This document shows, piece after piece, positions 1-8,441 of a stretch of DNA of 40,176 nt (position 1 is the first letter of the stretch; each line of letters begins with the position of its first letter). The notes under the pieces were generated by a model. That model saw only the letters and a list, made by a program, of their open reading frames with translations, did not search any database and was not told the origin of the DNA. Position numbers and translations under genes: made by a program. The stretch lies in the NCBI GenBank assembly GCA_036560125.1, contig DATBRW010000076.1:1-40176 (forward strand), given 5' to 3'. Source of the DNA: Candidatus Limnocylindria bacterium (GTDB taxonomy: Bacteria; Chloroflexota; Limnocylindria; QHBO01).

Positions 1-33
1 CGCGCTATCGGCCCGGGGCCAGGGCGCCCGACG

Positions 34-1131
34 TCAGCGGCTGAGCGGTTTGACCGCTCGCCCCGTGCCGGCCGGTCGCGCCTTGCGGTTCGCGTCCCAC
101 TCGTACCAGGAGACGAGCAGCTGGCTGGCGTTGAAGATCGAGGAATAGGTGCCGCTGATCACGCCGATAAGCAGGGCGAGGGTGAAAGTGCGGATCGTGA
201 TCGGTCCCAGCAGGTAGAGCGCAGCCAGCGTGACGACCACGGTCAGGCTGGTGTTGATCGATCGGCCCAGCGTCTGCAGGATCGAATGGTTGACGATCGC
301 CCCGAACGGCTCCCCCGCGTGGCGGATCCGGTTCTCGCGGATGCGGTCGAAGACCACGATCGTGTCATGCACGCTGAAGCCGATGATTGTCAGCAGCGCG
401 GTCACGAACAGGGCATCGAACTCCACGGCGAAGAAGTAGCCCAGGATCGCAAAGACACCGATCACCACAATCACGTCGTGCAACAGCGCGATGATCGCGG
501 CCGTGCCGAAGCGGAAGCCGAACCGGACCCACAAGTAGGCAAGGATGAACAGCTCGCCCACCGCGATCAGGATGATCGAGGAGCGGATGAGCTCGGAACC
601 GATGAGCGGGCCGACTGTCGTCAGGCTGCGAGGCCGTCCACCCTCTGCTTCCCCGAAGCGGGCAACCAGCGCGCGCTCGATCTCGGCCCACTCGGTGTTG
701 CTGGCGATCGGCGCTGGCGAGGCCGACGCCCCAGCGGACGGCGACGTACTCGGTGAAGGTGAGGGCGTCGGCGTGCCCTCCGCGGATGCGCTCGGTACCG
801 GTGTAGCCGTCCCGGCACCGCTGGGTGAGGGGGCGAACGAGACGCTGGGCAGCGGCGTCTGTGCGGGCAGCAGGCCGATCGACTCCGTCCGGATCTCCAG
901 GTAGCCGTCGCTCAGGCGCCGAACCGTCGCCTCGGGGTGCCCCAGCTCGACCAGCGCGGCATGCACCTCGGCCGGTGACGGGTCGTTGGCATACCGCACC
1001 TGCCAGACCGTGCCGCCGGTGAAGTCGACCGATGGCTTCAGACCGCCAAGCAGGATGAAGATGATTCCCGGGATGGTGATCAGGGCGCTGAAGAGGAAGT
1101 ACCAGCGGCGCTTGCCGACGATGTCATACAT
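34..1131 (-). CDS. secF: Protein translocase subunit SecF
   Basis: 365-aa ORF. It has an N-terminal TM segment and a C-terminal SecF-type TM bundle ('GPLIGSELIRSSIILIAVGELFILAYLWVRF', 'GFSVHDTIVVFDRIRE'). It starts 3 nt after the secD stop, so the two form an operon. It carries a P/S/T/A-rich insert (see findings). Confidence 0.9.
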   Translation of the reverse strand: MYDIVGKRRWYFLFSALITIPGIIFILLGGLKPSVDFTGGTVWQVRYANDPSPAEVHAALVELGHPEATVRRLSDGYLEIRTESIGLLPAQTPLPSVSFAPSPSGAGTATPVPSASAEGTPTPSPSPSTSPSAGASASPAPIASNTEWAEIERALVARFGEAEGGRPRSLTTVGPLIGSELIRSSIILIAVGELFILAYLWVRFGFRFGTAAIIALLHDVIVVIGVFAILGYFFAVEFDALFVTALLTIIGFSVHDTIVVFDRIRENRIRHAGEPFGAIVNHSILQTLGRSINTSLTVVVTLAALYLLGPITIRTFTLALLIGVISGTYSSIFNASQLLVSWYEWDANRKARPAGTGRAVKPLSR

Positions 1132-1134
1132 GCG

Positions 1135-2472
1135 TCAGCGCTCCACGTGATAAAGCTCGAGGCGCCGGCCCCAGTCGGTCCGCACCACGTAGCGCAGCAT
1201 GGTCCGGGTCACGGCCACCGCACTGAACATGGAGACCGCGACGCCGACGATCAGCACCAGCGCGAAGCCGCGCACCACGGTCGTCCCCTGCCAGTACAGC
1301 CAGGACGCGACCAGGATGGACGAGACGTTCGAGTCCAGAATGCTCGACCAGGCCCGATTGAACCCGGCCTCGATGGCCGGCACCAGCGTCTTGCCGGCCC
1401 GGATCTCCTCCTTCATCCGCTCGAAGATGAGGATATTGGCGTCCACGGCCATGCCGATGGACAGGATGTAGGCCGCGACACCGGCGAGCGTCAGGGTGAC
1501 GCCGATCAGCCGGAAGATCGCGTAGGTGACCAGGGTATAGAAGATCAGCGCCAAGGCAGCCAGCACACCCGGCAGGCGGTAGTACGCGATCATGAAGAAC
1601 AGGACCAGCAACAGGCCGATGCCGCCGGCGATGAGCGCCTGATTCAGGAAGTTGGCGCCCAGTGTCGGCTCCACGCGGTCGAAGCCCTGCTCCTGCAGCG
1701 AGACCGGCAGCGCGCCGAAGCGCAACGTGTTGTAGAGGTTGGTCCGCTCCGTCTCGTTGGCCGCGCTAGGTGCGCCGACGGTGATGACGGTCTGGCCGCC
1801 ACAGATGGAGCTGTTGACGTCCGGGTTCGTGATGATCTCGCCGTCGAGCGCAATCGGGCCCTTGGCATCGGCGCCGCTGGTGACGGTGAGGTTGTGCGCC
1901 GTCGTGAACTCGCACCACGCCTGCGAGCCCTCATCACGCAGCGAGAACGACACGCCCAGGGAGCCGTCCTGTGTCGTGGGGGCCACGCTGCCCGGATCGA
2001 TCTGGCCACCATCGAAGACGACGCCCACGGTCCCGTCCGTGATCATCTCGGAGATGTCCTGACCCTCGGTCAGCGTCTGGCCTCGCGGGTCGATGAACTG
2101 CAGCTGTCCGGTCGAGCCGACCAGCTCGCGGACCTGGTCCTCGTTCTCGACGCCCGGCACCTCGACCACGATCCGTCGCTGGCCGTCGTTGCTGATCTCG
2201 GATCGGACCTGCGGCTCACTGACGCCGATGCCACCGACGCGCCGCTCGATGATGTTGCGCGCCGTTTCCAGCTGCTCATCGGTGACGGTCTGGCCGGGCA
2301 GCGGCTCCACGGCGAGCGTGACCCGTACGCCGCCCTGCAGGTCAAGGCCGAGCGTGGTCTTGAGGTCATTGCCGGGAAGGCTGCTGGGCAGGAACTCGCG
2401 CGGGATGTCGATGAAGATCGCCAGCAGCAGGGTGATGAGTATCACCCAGGGGGCGATGCGGCGCCAGGTCAT
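1135..2472 (-). CDS. secD: Protein translocase subunit SecD
   Basis: 445-aa ORF with SecD-like segments 'LGLDLQGGV', 'GVSEPQV' and the TM bundle 'SIGMAVDANILIFERMKEE'. AAGGA lies about 14 nt upstream of the ATG. Confidence 0.9.
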   Translation of the reverse strand: MTWRRIAPWVILITLLLAIFIDIPREFLPSSLPGNDLKTTLGLDLQGGVRVTLAVEPLPGQTVTDEQLETARNIIERRVGGIGVSEPQVRSEISNDGQRRIVVEVPGVENEDQVRELVGSTGQLQFIDPRGQTLTEGQDISEMITDGTVGVVFDGGQIDPGSVAPTTQDGSLGVSFSLRDEGSQAWCEFTTAHNLTVTSGADAKGPIALDGEIITNPDVNSSICGGQTVITVGAPSAANETERTNLYNTLRFGALPVSLQEQGFDRVEPTLGANFLNQALIAGGIGLLLVLFFMIAYYRLPGVLAALALIFYTLVTYAIFRLIGVTLTLAGVAAYILSIGMAVDANILIFERMKEEIRAGKTLVPAIEAGFNRAWSSILDSNVSSILVASWLYWQGTTVVRGFALVLIVGVAVSMFSAVAVTRTMLRYVVRTDWGRRLELYHVER

Positions 2473-2578
2473 GAAGGCCTAATTGGTCCTTTCGCTCGGG
2501 CGAAGGTTCGATGCGGGCGCTCTCATGTGGCGCAGGCCGCGGACACGAAACACGCCGCCAGTGGCGGCGGGCCGCGGA

Positions 2579-2607
2579 ATTATAGGTGCGCCACTCGGCC
2601 CCTGCAA
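2579..2607 (-). promoter_or_regulatory. Candidate sigma-70-type promoter for secDF
   Basis: The minus strand reads TTGCAG (2607-2602), 17 nt, TATAAT (2584-2579), about 100 nt upstream of the secD ATG. This is a sequence match only. Confidence 0.45.
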
Positions 2608-2659
2608 CGACGCCCCTCCGCGAATCCCCGCGAACTGTCGGCATCGCCGCGAACCGTCC

Positions 2660-2784
2660 GAATTCACAGCAGGAGCATATGCCCACGCCGAAACGACCAT
2701 CTGGCCGTCCATATTCACGCCGCGTGTGAATCCGGACCCTCCACAGCCTTCTTCCCGACATCCATGTCGTCCTGCTGTGAATTC
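2660..2784. repeat. Perfect 15-bp inverted repeat enclosing a 95-nt structured spacer
   Basis: The arms are GAATTCACAGCAGGA (2660-2674) and TCCTGCTGTGAATTC (2770-2784). The spacer contains the hairpin ATTCAC-N7-GTGAAT (2713-2731). The element lies between the uvrC stop and the secD promoter. Confidence 0.75.
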
Positions 2785-2809
2785 GTGCCGTTGGCGAACC
2801 GAGCGAGCT

Positions 2810-4849
2810 TCAGGCGAGCATCCCTTCCCGTGCGAGGTGCTTCTTCAGCCGTTCCGCGGCCACGCGGCCGACGCCGGGCGTCTCAGCCACTTCATCGAGA
2901 GACGCCTCGCGGATGCGGCGCACGGACCCGAACCGCTTGAGCAGTGCCTTCTTCCTGGCCGGACCGATGCCCGGCACGTCGTCGAAGACGCTGTGCAGCG
3001 CCCGCTTGCCACGCACGGTGCGGTGATAGGTGATGGCGAACCGATGCGCCTCGTCGCGGATCCGCTGCACCAGGTAGAGGCCCTGCGACTTCGCCGGCAG
3101 GATGATCGGCGACGGGCGGCGAGGCACGTAGAGCTCCTCGAAGCGCTTGGCCAGGCCGGCCAGCGGCACCTCTGTCAGCGACAGCTCGTCCATCACGCCC
3201 ATCGCCGCCGACAGCTGCCCCTTCCCACCGTCCACGATGACGAGATCCGGCAGCGCCCAGCCGGTCTCGCGCGGGCGGCGCGCCGCACGCCCATTACCGG
3301 CAGCGCCGTCACCACCTTCCTCCTCGGCCCGCGACTCGATCGGTCCGGCATACGCCTCCAGGTCCAGCGGCTCGCCGGGATCGCCGTCGCCCTCGGGTGC
3401 CTCATCGGCCCCGACCGCCGCCAGGGACAGCGCCCCGGTCTCCTTTCGCAGTCGCGCGGCGCGTTGGAATCGACGCCGCAGGACCTCGGCCATCATCCGG
3501 AAGTCATCCGGCGTTTCCCCGGAGCGGATCCGGAAGCGGCGGTACTCGCGCGGCTCGGGTCGGCCGTTGACGAAGACGACCATCGAGCCGACTGCCGACG
3601 TGCCCTGGATGTTGCTCATGTCGTAGCACTCGATCCGCTCCGGCGCCCGCGGCAGCGACAACGCAGCGGAGAGCTGCTCCAGCGCCTCGTCCCGCTTCCC
3701 CTCGTCCGCCAGCCACTCGGCGCGCTCCTTGGCCAGCGCCTCGACCGCGTTCTGCGTCGCCAGGGCCACGAATCGCCGCTTCTCGCCGCGCTCGGCGACG
3801 TGGACGTTCACGCGCGACCCGCGGCGGTCGCTGAGGAAGGCGGCCAGGGCATCGGCGTCCGCCGGCTCCACCGGCAGCAGCACCTCGCGCGGTGGTCGCT
3901 CGCTGACCGCGTAGTACTGCTGCAGGAACGAGGTCAAGACCTCTCCATCGGTCGCCTCACGGGCGTTCTCGACGATGAAGTGCTCCCGGCCGATCATCTT
4001 GCCGTTCCGAATCACGAATAGCTGCAGGCAGGCCTCCCCCTCCTCGCGCGCCATCCCCACCACGTCGTGCTGCGCCCGGCTGAAGGCCGCGACCTTCTGC
4101 GACTCGATGGTGCGCTCGACCGCCCGCAGCTTGTCTCGCGCGATCGCCGCCTGCTCGTAGCGCAGCGCGTCGGAGTGCCCACTCATCTCCGTACGCAGCT
4201 CGTCGGCGATCCCCTCCTGCTTCCCCTCCAGGAAGTCCACGATCTTGCCGATGGTGGCCCGATACGGCGCCTTCTCGATCGCTTGGATGCACGGCCCCTG
4301 GCAGCGATTGATGTAGTAGAGGAGGCAGGGCCGCTCCAGCACCCGCTTGCCCTCCGGGATCTCCAGGTTGCAGGTGCGAAACGGGAAGATCTTGCGCAAC
4401 AGCTTCAGCGACTCGTCGACGCTTGAGGCCGATGCGTACGGGCCGAAGTAGCGGCTGCCGTCCCGCACCAGCTTGCGCGTGCGTACGATGCGAGGGAAAT
4501 CCTCACCCAGGGTGATCTGCACGAACGGGTAGCTCTTGTCGTCGCGCAGGCGGATGTTGAAGCGTGGGCGGTGCTCCTTGATGAGGTTGCCTTCGAGCAG
4601 GAACGCCTCGCTGACGGTGTCGGTGACGATGTAATCGACATCGGCCACCTCCTGGGTCATGCGCACGATGCGCGAGTCCAGGCCGACCTTCGAACCGAAG
4701 TACGACCGCACCCGGTTGCGCAGCGAATCGGCCTTGCCCACGTACAGGACACGGCCATCCGGCCCCTTCATCAGGTAGACACCGGGGCTGGTCGGGAGCT
4801 GGCGGAGGATGGCGCGCAGGTGCTGGTCGCGCGCGTCGCCGGGGGCCAT
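2810..4849 (-). CDS. uvrC: Excinuclease ABC subunit C (UvrC)
   Basis: 679-aa ORF with an N-terminal GIY-YIG motif ('GVYLMKGPDGRVLYVGKADSLRNRVRSYF') and a C-terminal endonuclease region plus HhH ('GIGPARKKALLKRFGS'). TAGAAT lies 6 nt upstream of the ATG. Confidence 0.93.
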   Translation of the reverse strand: MAPGDARDQHLRAILRQLPTSPGVYLMKGPDGRVLYVGKADSLRNRVRSYFGSKVGLDSRIVRMTQEVADVDYIVTDTVSEAFLLEGNLIKEHRPRFNIRLRDDKSYPFVQITLGEDFPRIVRTRKLVRDGSRYFGPYASASSVDESLKLLRKIFPFRTCNLEIPEGKRVLERPCLLYYINRCQGPCIQAIEKAPYRATIGKIVDFLEGKQEGIADELRTEMSGHSDALRYEQAAIARDKLRAVERTIESQKVAAFSRAQHDVVGMAREEGEACLQLFVIRNGKMIGREHFIVENAREATDGEVLTSFLQQYYAVSERPPREVLLPVEPADADALAAFLSDRRGSRVNVHVAERGEKRRFVALATQNAVEALAKERAEWLADEGKRDEALEQLSAALSLPRAPERIECYDMSNIQGTSAVGSMVVFVNGRPEPREYRRFRIRSGETPDDFRMMAEVLRRRFQRAARLRKETGALSLAAVGADEAPEGDGDPGEPLDLEAYAGPIESRAEEEGGDGAAGNGRAARRPRETGWALPDLVIVDGGKGQLSAAMGVMDELSLTEVPLAGLAKRFEELYVPRRPSPIILPAKSQGLYLVQRIRDEAHRFAITYHRTVRGKRALHSVFDDVPGIGPARKKALLKRFGSVRRIREASLDEVAETPGVGRVAAERLKKHLAREGMLA

Positions 4850-4878
4850 GGACCGATTCTAGGCCGCTCGCCGGCCCG

Positions 4879-6090
4879 TCACGAACCTCCGGACGGGCTG
4901 GCCGAGTGGCGGCCGCGGTGCTCCGGGAATGGCTTCGCCATCTGCCGCCGCAGGTACTTGCGCAGCGGCTGGTAATCGGTCGAGCTCTCGCGTCCGCGGA
5001 CGACCAGGATGTACTGCCCGTTCGTGTTGGCGGTCGCCTCCAGGATCCGTCCCTCCTTCAGCTCGATGCGCCGATCTGGATGCAGGTGGCTGCTCAACAG
5101 GAACAGGTCAATGGCCGAGAGGTCGGTCTTCATCCGCCCGTCCAGCGCATCCATCATCGACAAGCCGGGCCCTAATGAGCCGATGCCGCCGCTCCCCAGC
5201 TTGGAGCGCAGCGCACCCAGGACGCGCTGCTGGCGCACCGATCGGGCGAAGTCACTCGACTCCAACGGGACACTCGTGTAGCGCGCTCGGGCGTAGGCCA
5301 GCGCTTCTTCGCCGTTCAGGTGGATCGTGCCTTTGGCGAAGCGGTCGTCCCATTTGTTGTGCTCGAACTTCCACACGTTCCAGGTGTAGCGGAAGGCGCG
5401 TGGGTTCTTGACGTCGACCCCGCCGACCGCGTCGATCATCTCGTGGAAGCCCGCGAAGTCGATCGCCATCCAGTGGTCGATCTGCAGGCCGGTGACCTCG
5501 GAGAGGATCTCGGCCGTCTTGTCGGCGGCTCGCTCGACGCCGCCCTGCTGCCAGCCGATGGCGAAGGCCTCGTTGATCTTCCCGTTGTCGGGCAGCTGCG
5601 ACAGTCCCTCGATCCAGAAGTCGCGCGGGATCGGGATGACCGTCGTCTTGTTGGTGCTCGGATCGACCGACATGATCTGGATCGAGTCGGCCAGGTAGTT
5701 GCCGCTCTTGTGCTCGGAGCCGCCGTATCCGAAGAGCGCGATGTTCACCGGCTCGTCGCCGTTGAGCGGACCCCACAGGGCCGATGAGGTGGCCGGGGCG
5801 TCCGACACGGAGTCGTTGAAGGCGGCGACGCGCTGCCAGAGCAGGATCCCGCCGACCGTCGCGACGATCAGCAGCAGCAGGACGGCCAGTCCCAGGATCG
5901 CCTTTATGGAGGGTCCGCGGCGGCGCCGCGCCACGGCCGCGCTGGTGCTCCCGGAGCGTCCGCCACCGCCGCCGGACTCGGCGTACGGATCGAGTCCCTG
6001 GGCTCGGAGGTCGTCCTCGTAAGCGGCTGAATTTCGAATGCGTCGTGCCCGATCCGTCGACGATGCGGATGTTCGGTTGCGACGGATCAT
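4879..6090 (-). CDS. LytR-CpsA-Psr (LCP) family cell-envelope glycopolymer ligase
   Basis: The LCP core is recognisable ('NIALFGYGG..ADSIQIMSVDPSTNKTTVIPIPRDFW', 'DHWMAIDFAGFHEMIDAVGGVDV', 'LNGEEALAYARAR') behind a single TM ('ILGLAVLLLLIVATVGGILLW'). I chose the ATG at 6090 ('MIRRNRT'). The 599-aa track ORF runs on to 6678, but that stretch is Arg/Ala-rich junk overlapping the divergent helicase gene. Confidence 0.8.
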   Translation of the reverse strand: MIRRNRTSASSTDRARRIRNSAAYEDDLRAQGLDPYAESGGGGGRSGSTSAAVARRRRGPSIKAILGLAVLLLLIVATVGGILLWQRVAAFNDSVSDAPATSSALWGPLNGDEPVNIALFGYGGSEHKSGNYLADSIQIMSVDPSTNKTTVIPIPRDFWIEGLSQLPDNGKINEAFAIGWQQGGVERAADKTAEILSEVTGLQIDHWMAIDFAGFHEMIDAVGGVDVKNPRAFRYTWNVWKFEHNKWDDRFAKGTIHLNGEEALAYARARYTSVPLESSDFARSVRQQRVLGALRSKLGSGGIGSLGPGLSMMDALDGRMKTDLSAIDLFLLSSHLHPDRRIELKEGRILEATANTNGQYILVVRGRESSTDYQPLRKYLRRQMAKPFPEHRGRHSASPSGGS

Positions 6091-6223
6091 GTGGCGCGAC
6101 TCTGCATGCGGACTCCCGTGTGGGCGGGCGGCGACAGGATAGCGGGGTGGCATGCGGCGTGCCCGCGGCCGCGGTAAGCCGCCGATCACGGCGTAATAAG
6201 CGCGGTTCGCCACGCTCCCGCCC

Positions 6224-7888
6224 ATGACGCAGCTCGCTGCGCCGGCCGCGGCGCTGGCCGATGCGCTGGTTGGGAGCCTGGACGCGGAACAGCGGGCCGC
6301 CGCCACGCTGCCGGATGGGCCGGCCCTGATCATCGCCCCCGCCGGCAGCGGCAAGACCACGACGCTGATCGCGCGGCTGGGTGTGCTGCTGGCTCGCGGC
6401 GTGCCGCCCGAGCGCATTGCGGTCGCCACGTTCAATCGGGACGCGGCGCTGGAGCTGGCCGCCCGCATCGAGTCGCGGCTGGCACCGACCATCCCCGCCG
6501 CCGGCCGCATCGAGGTGCGAACCCTGCATGCGCTCGCCCGCCAGGTGATGCTCGACCAGGTCCGTGGCGCCAAGCTGGTGAGCGACCGTCTGCCGCTCCT
6601 GCGCGCCGTCCTGCGCCGGGCGGCCACCACCGCGACGCCCGACGATCCGCCGCTGCCAAACGCCGCGACGCTGGACACGCAGATCTCCGCATGGAAGGTG
6701 GAACGGCGCCCACCGGATCATCCCGTGCTGGTCGACGCCTATCGGGCCAGGCTGGCCTCGACCGGAGCCGTTGACTTCGACGACCTGGTGGCCGGGGCGG
6801 CCGATGCGCTGGAGTCACACCCAAGCCTGCGCCAGCGCTGGCAGGACCGATTCACGCACCTGTGCGTGGATGAGTTCCAGGATGTGGATGCGGCGCAGCT
6901 GCGCCTTGTGCGCCTGCTGGCCGAGCCGCAGCGCAACCTGTTCGTGGTCGGCGACGACGACCAGACCATCTATGCCTGGCGCCTCGCCGACGTGCGTCGA
7001 ATCCTGAGCTTCGAGGCGCTCTACCCCGGCACGCGGCGTGTTCAGCTGGCCACGAATTACCGCTGCCCCGCTCCGGTGGTCGCAATCTCCCGACGACTGA
7101 TCGGTGTCAACCGCGAGCGCTTCATCAAGCGCATCGACTCATCGCCTGCGGCCGCGGCCGGGCCGGACACCGTGCTGGCATACCCGATCGCCGACGCCGG
7201 CTGGCCCGATGGGTTGGTCGGCCTGGCGGCCGCCGAGGCGGAGATCAAGCGCACCGTCTGCTTCTTGGCGCGAACGCGCTCGGAGCTGGGACCAATGCTG
7301 CTGGCCCTGGCTCGCGCGGGCGTGCCGCATACGACCACGGTGCCGGCCGCAGTCCAGGCCGATCCGGTCAAACGCCTGGTGGCCGCCGCCCGGCGGGTTC
7401 CGGGTCAGGCCGTTCCGTTCGACGCGCTGCTTGGCCTGCGCGCCGGCCACGGCTGGCGCCGCGCCGATGCCAGCGACACGCTCTCCGACGACGACCATGC
7501 CGCCCTCGACGCGCTACTTGGCTGGGCCGTCGGGATCGGCAGGCTGGACCGGTTCCTGGAGGCGCACGACCGCGCAGTCGAGCGGCTCGAAGCGCTGCGC
7601 CAGCCCGACGCGCCGATCGAGCTGGTCACGGTGCATGGCGCGAAGGGCCGCGAGTGGCAGACCGTGGTCGTGCTCGGCATGGAGGAGGATCGGTTCCCGA
7701 ACCGGCGCGCTCTGGTTGATGCCGCGGACATGAACCGGGCCGTGGAAGAGGAGCGGCGACTGGCCTACGTGGCCCTGACCCGTGCCACGCGACGATTGAT
7801 CCTGGCCTACGACCCCGCGCGCCCGTCGCGCTTCTTGGCCGAGATGGGACTTGGCGCTACAGGTCGACCTCTGGCGCGACCACCGTGA
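6224..7888 (+). CDS. Compact UvrD/Rep/PcrA-type SF1 DNA helicase
   Basis: 554-aa ORF with all SF1 motifs: 'APAGSGKTT' (I), 'VDEFQDV' (II), 'VGDDDQTIYAWR' (III), 'LATNYRC' (IV), 'VTVHGAKGREW' (V), 'RRLAYVALTRA' (VI). The accessory 1B/2B regions are short. Confidence 0.85.
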   Translation: MTQLAAPAAALADALVGSLDAEQRAAATLPDGPALIIAPAGSGKTTTLIARLGVLLARGVPPERIAVATFNRDAALELAARIESRLAPTIPAAGRIEVRTLHALARQVMLDQVRGAKLVSDRLPLLRAVLRRAATTATPDDPPLPNAATLDTQISAWKVERRPPDHPVLVDAYRARLASTGAVDFDDLVAGAADALESHPSLRQRWQDRFTHLCVDEFQDVDAAQLRLVRLLAEPQRNLFVVGDDDQTIYAWRLADVRRILSFEALYPGTRRVQLATNYRCPAPVVAISRRLIGVNRERFIKRIDSSPAAAAGPDTVLAYPIADAGWPDGLVGLAAAEAEIKRTVCFLARTRSELGPMLLALARAGVPHTTTVPAAVQADPVKRLVAAARRVPGQAVPFDALLGLRAGHGWRRADASDTLSDDDHAALDALLGWAVGIGRLDRFLEAHDRAVERLEALRQPDAPIELVTVHGAKGREWQTVVVLGMEEDRFPNRRALVDAADMNRAVEEERRLAYVALTRATRRLILAYDPARPSRFLAEMGLGATGRPLARPP

Positions 7889-8441
7889 GGAAGCGGACCA
7901 TGTTGGCCACGTGCGCGTCGAAGTCCAGGCCCAGCTCGGCGGCCCCGGCCAGCAGCATTTCGCGCGGCACGGCGCGGGCAAAGGCCTTGTCCTTCATCCG
8001 CTTGCGGACGTTGGCCGGCTCCACGTCGGCCAGCTTCCGGGTCGGGCGCATGAGCGCGACAGCCACCAGGAAGCCGGACAGCTCATCGCAGGCGTACACG
8101 AGGTGATCGAGCCGCGTGGTGCGCGGAATGCCCAAGGCGTCGTTATGGCGCCGCACAGCGTCGACGACCTCCGCGGGATAGCCGCGCTGCGCCATTTCAT
8201 CGGCTCCAATTGCCCCGTGGGTCGACGCATCCGGGTGCCGTTCGTAGTCGAGGTCGTGGAGCAGGCCCGCGACCCCCCAGCGCTCCACGGTGGTGTCGTC
8301 CAGGCCGTCTACGGCGGCATAGCCGCGCACACCAGCCTCGACCAGCAGGCCGTGCTTGCGGAGCGAGGGGTTTTCGTTCCACTCGTGGAGCAGCGCCAGG
8401 GCATCGGCGCGAGTCGGCTCGGTCGCTGGCGTGTCGCTCAC
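7857..8441 (-). CDS. HD-domain metal-dependent phosphohydrolase
   Basis: 194-aa ORF with an H...HD signature ('RKHGLLV...AGLLHDLDYERHP') and a later 'RRHND'. It uses a GTG start. Its 3' end overlaps the helicase 3' end by 32 nt. Confidence 0.72.
   Translation of the reverse strand: MSDTPATEPTRADALALLHEWNENPSLRKHGLLVEAGVRGYAAVDGLDDTTVERWGVAGLLHDLDYERHPDASTHGAIGADEMAQRGYPAEVVDAVRRHNDALGIPRTTRLDHLVYACDELSGFLVAVALMRPTRKLADVEPANVRKRMKDKAFARAVPREMLLAGAAELGLDFDAHVANMVRFLTVVAPEVDL

Noticed and set aside
2677-2727. A 16-codon ORF (MPTPKRPSGRPYSRRV) behind AGGAG inside the inverted-repeat element.
   Set aside because: The SD-to-ATG spacing is only 3 nt, and the peptide is tiny with no features. The element is better explained as RNA or DNA structure.
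1147-2940. Very long ORFs antisense to known genes. Examples: 1147..2940 (+, 597 aa), 7851..9482 and 9765..11591 (+), 14946..16571 (+), 17870..19264 (-), 22019..23425 (+), 32778..34388 (+), 35356..36558 (+), 38143..39210 (-).
   Set aside because: All lie opposite genes with unmistakable conserved motifs (secD, uvrA, uvrB, tadG-like, polA, the Rieske gene, the peptidase, the ABC ATPase). Their translations are Arg/Ala/Gly/Pro-rich low-complexity strings typical of stop-poor antisense frames in high-GC DNA. No domain signatures were seen.
6091-6678. The N-terminal 196 codons of the 599-aa track ORF containing the LCP domain, and the alternative-frame ORF 5252..6721.
   Set aside because: The extension is Arg/Ala/Ser junk and overlaps the divergent helicase gene. 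A proper basic N-terminus plus TM begins at the ATG at 6090, which gives a normal LCP architecture.
6224-8441. The UvrD-like helicase plus HD-domain protein as a Gabija-like or other helicase-nuclease defence pair.
   Set aside because: The two genes are convergent, so not an operon. No OLD/TOPRIM ATPase or other defence partner is present. Composition looks native, and the neighbourhood is housekeeping repair and envelope genes. A repair helicase is the simpler reading.
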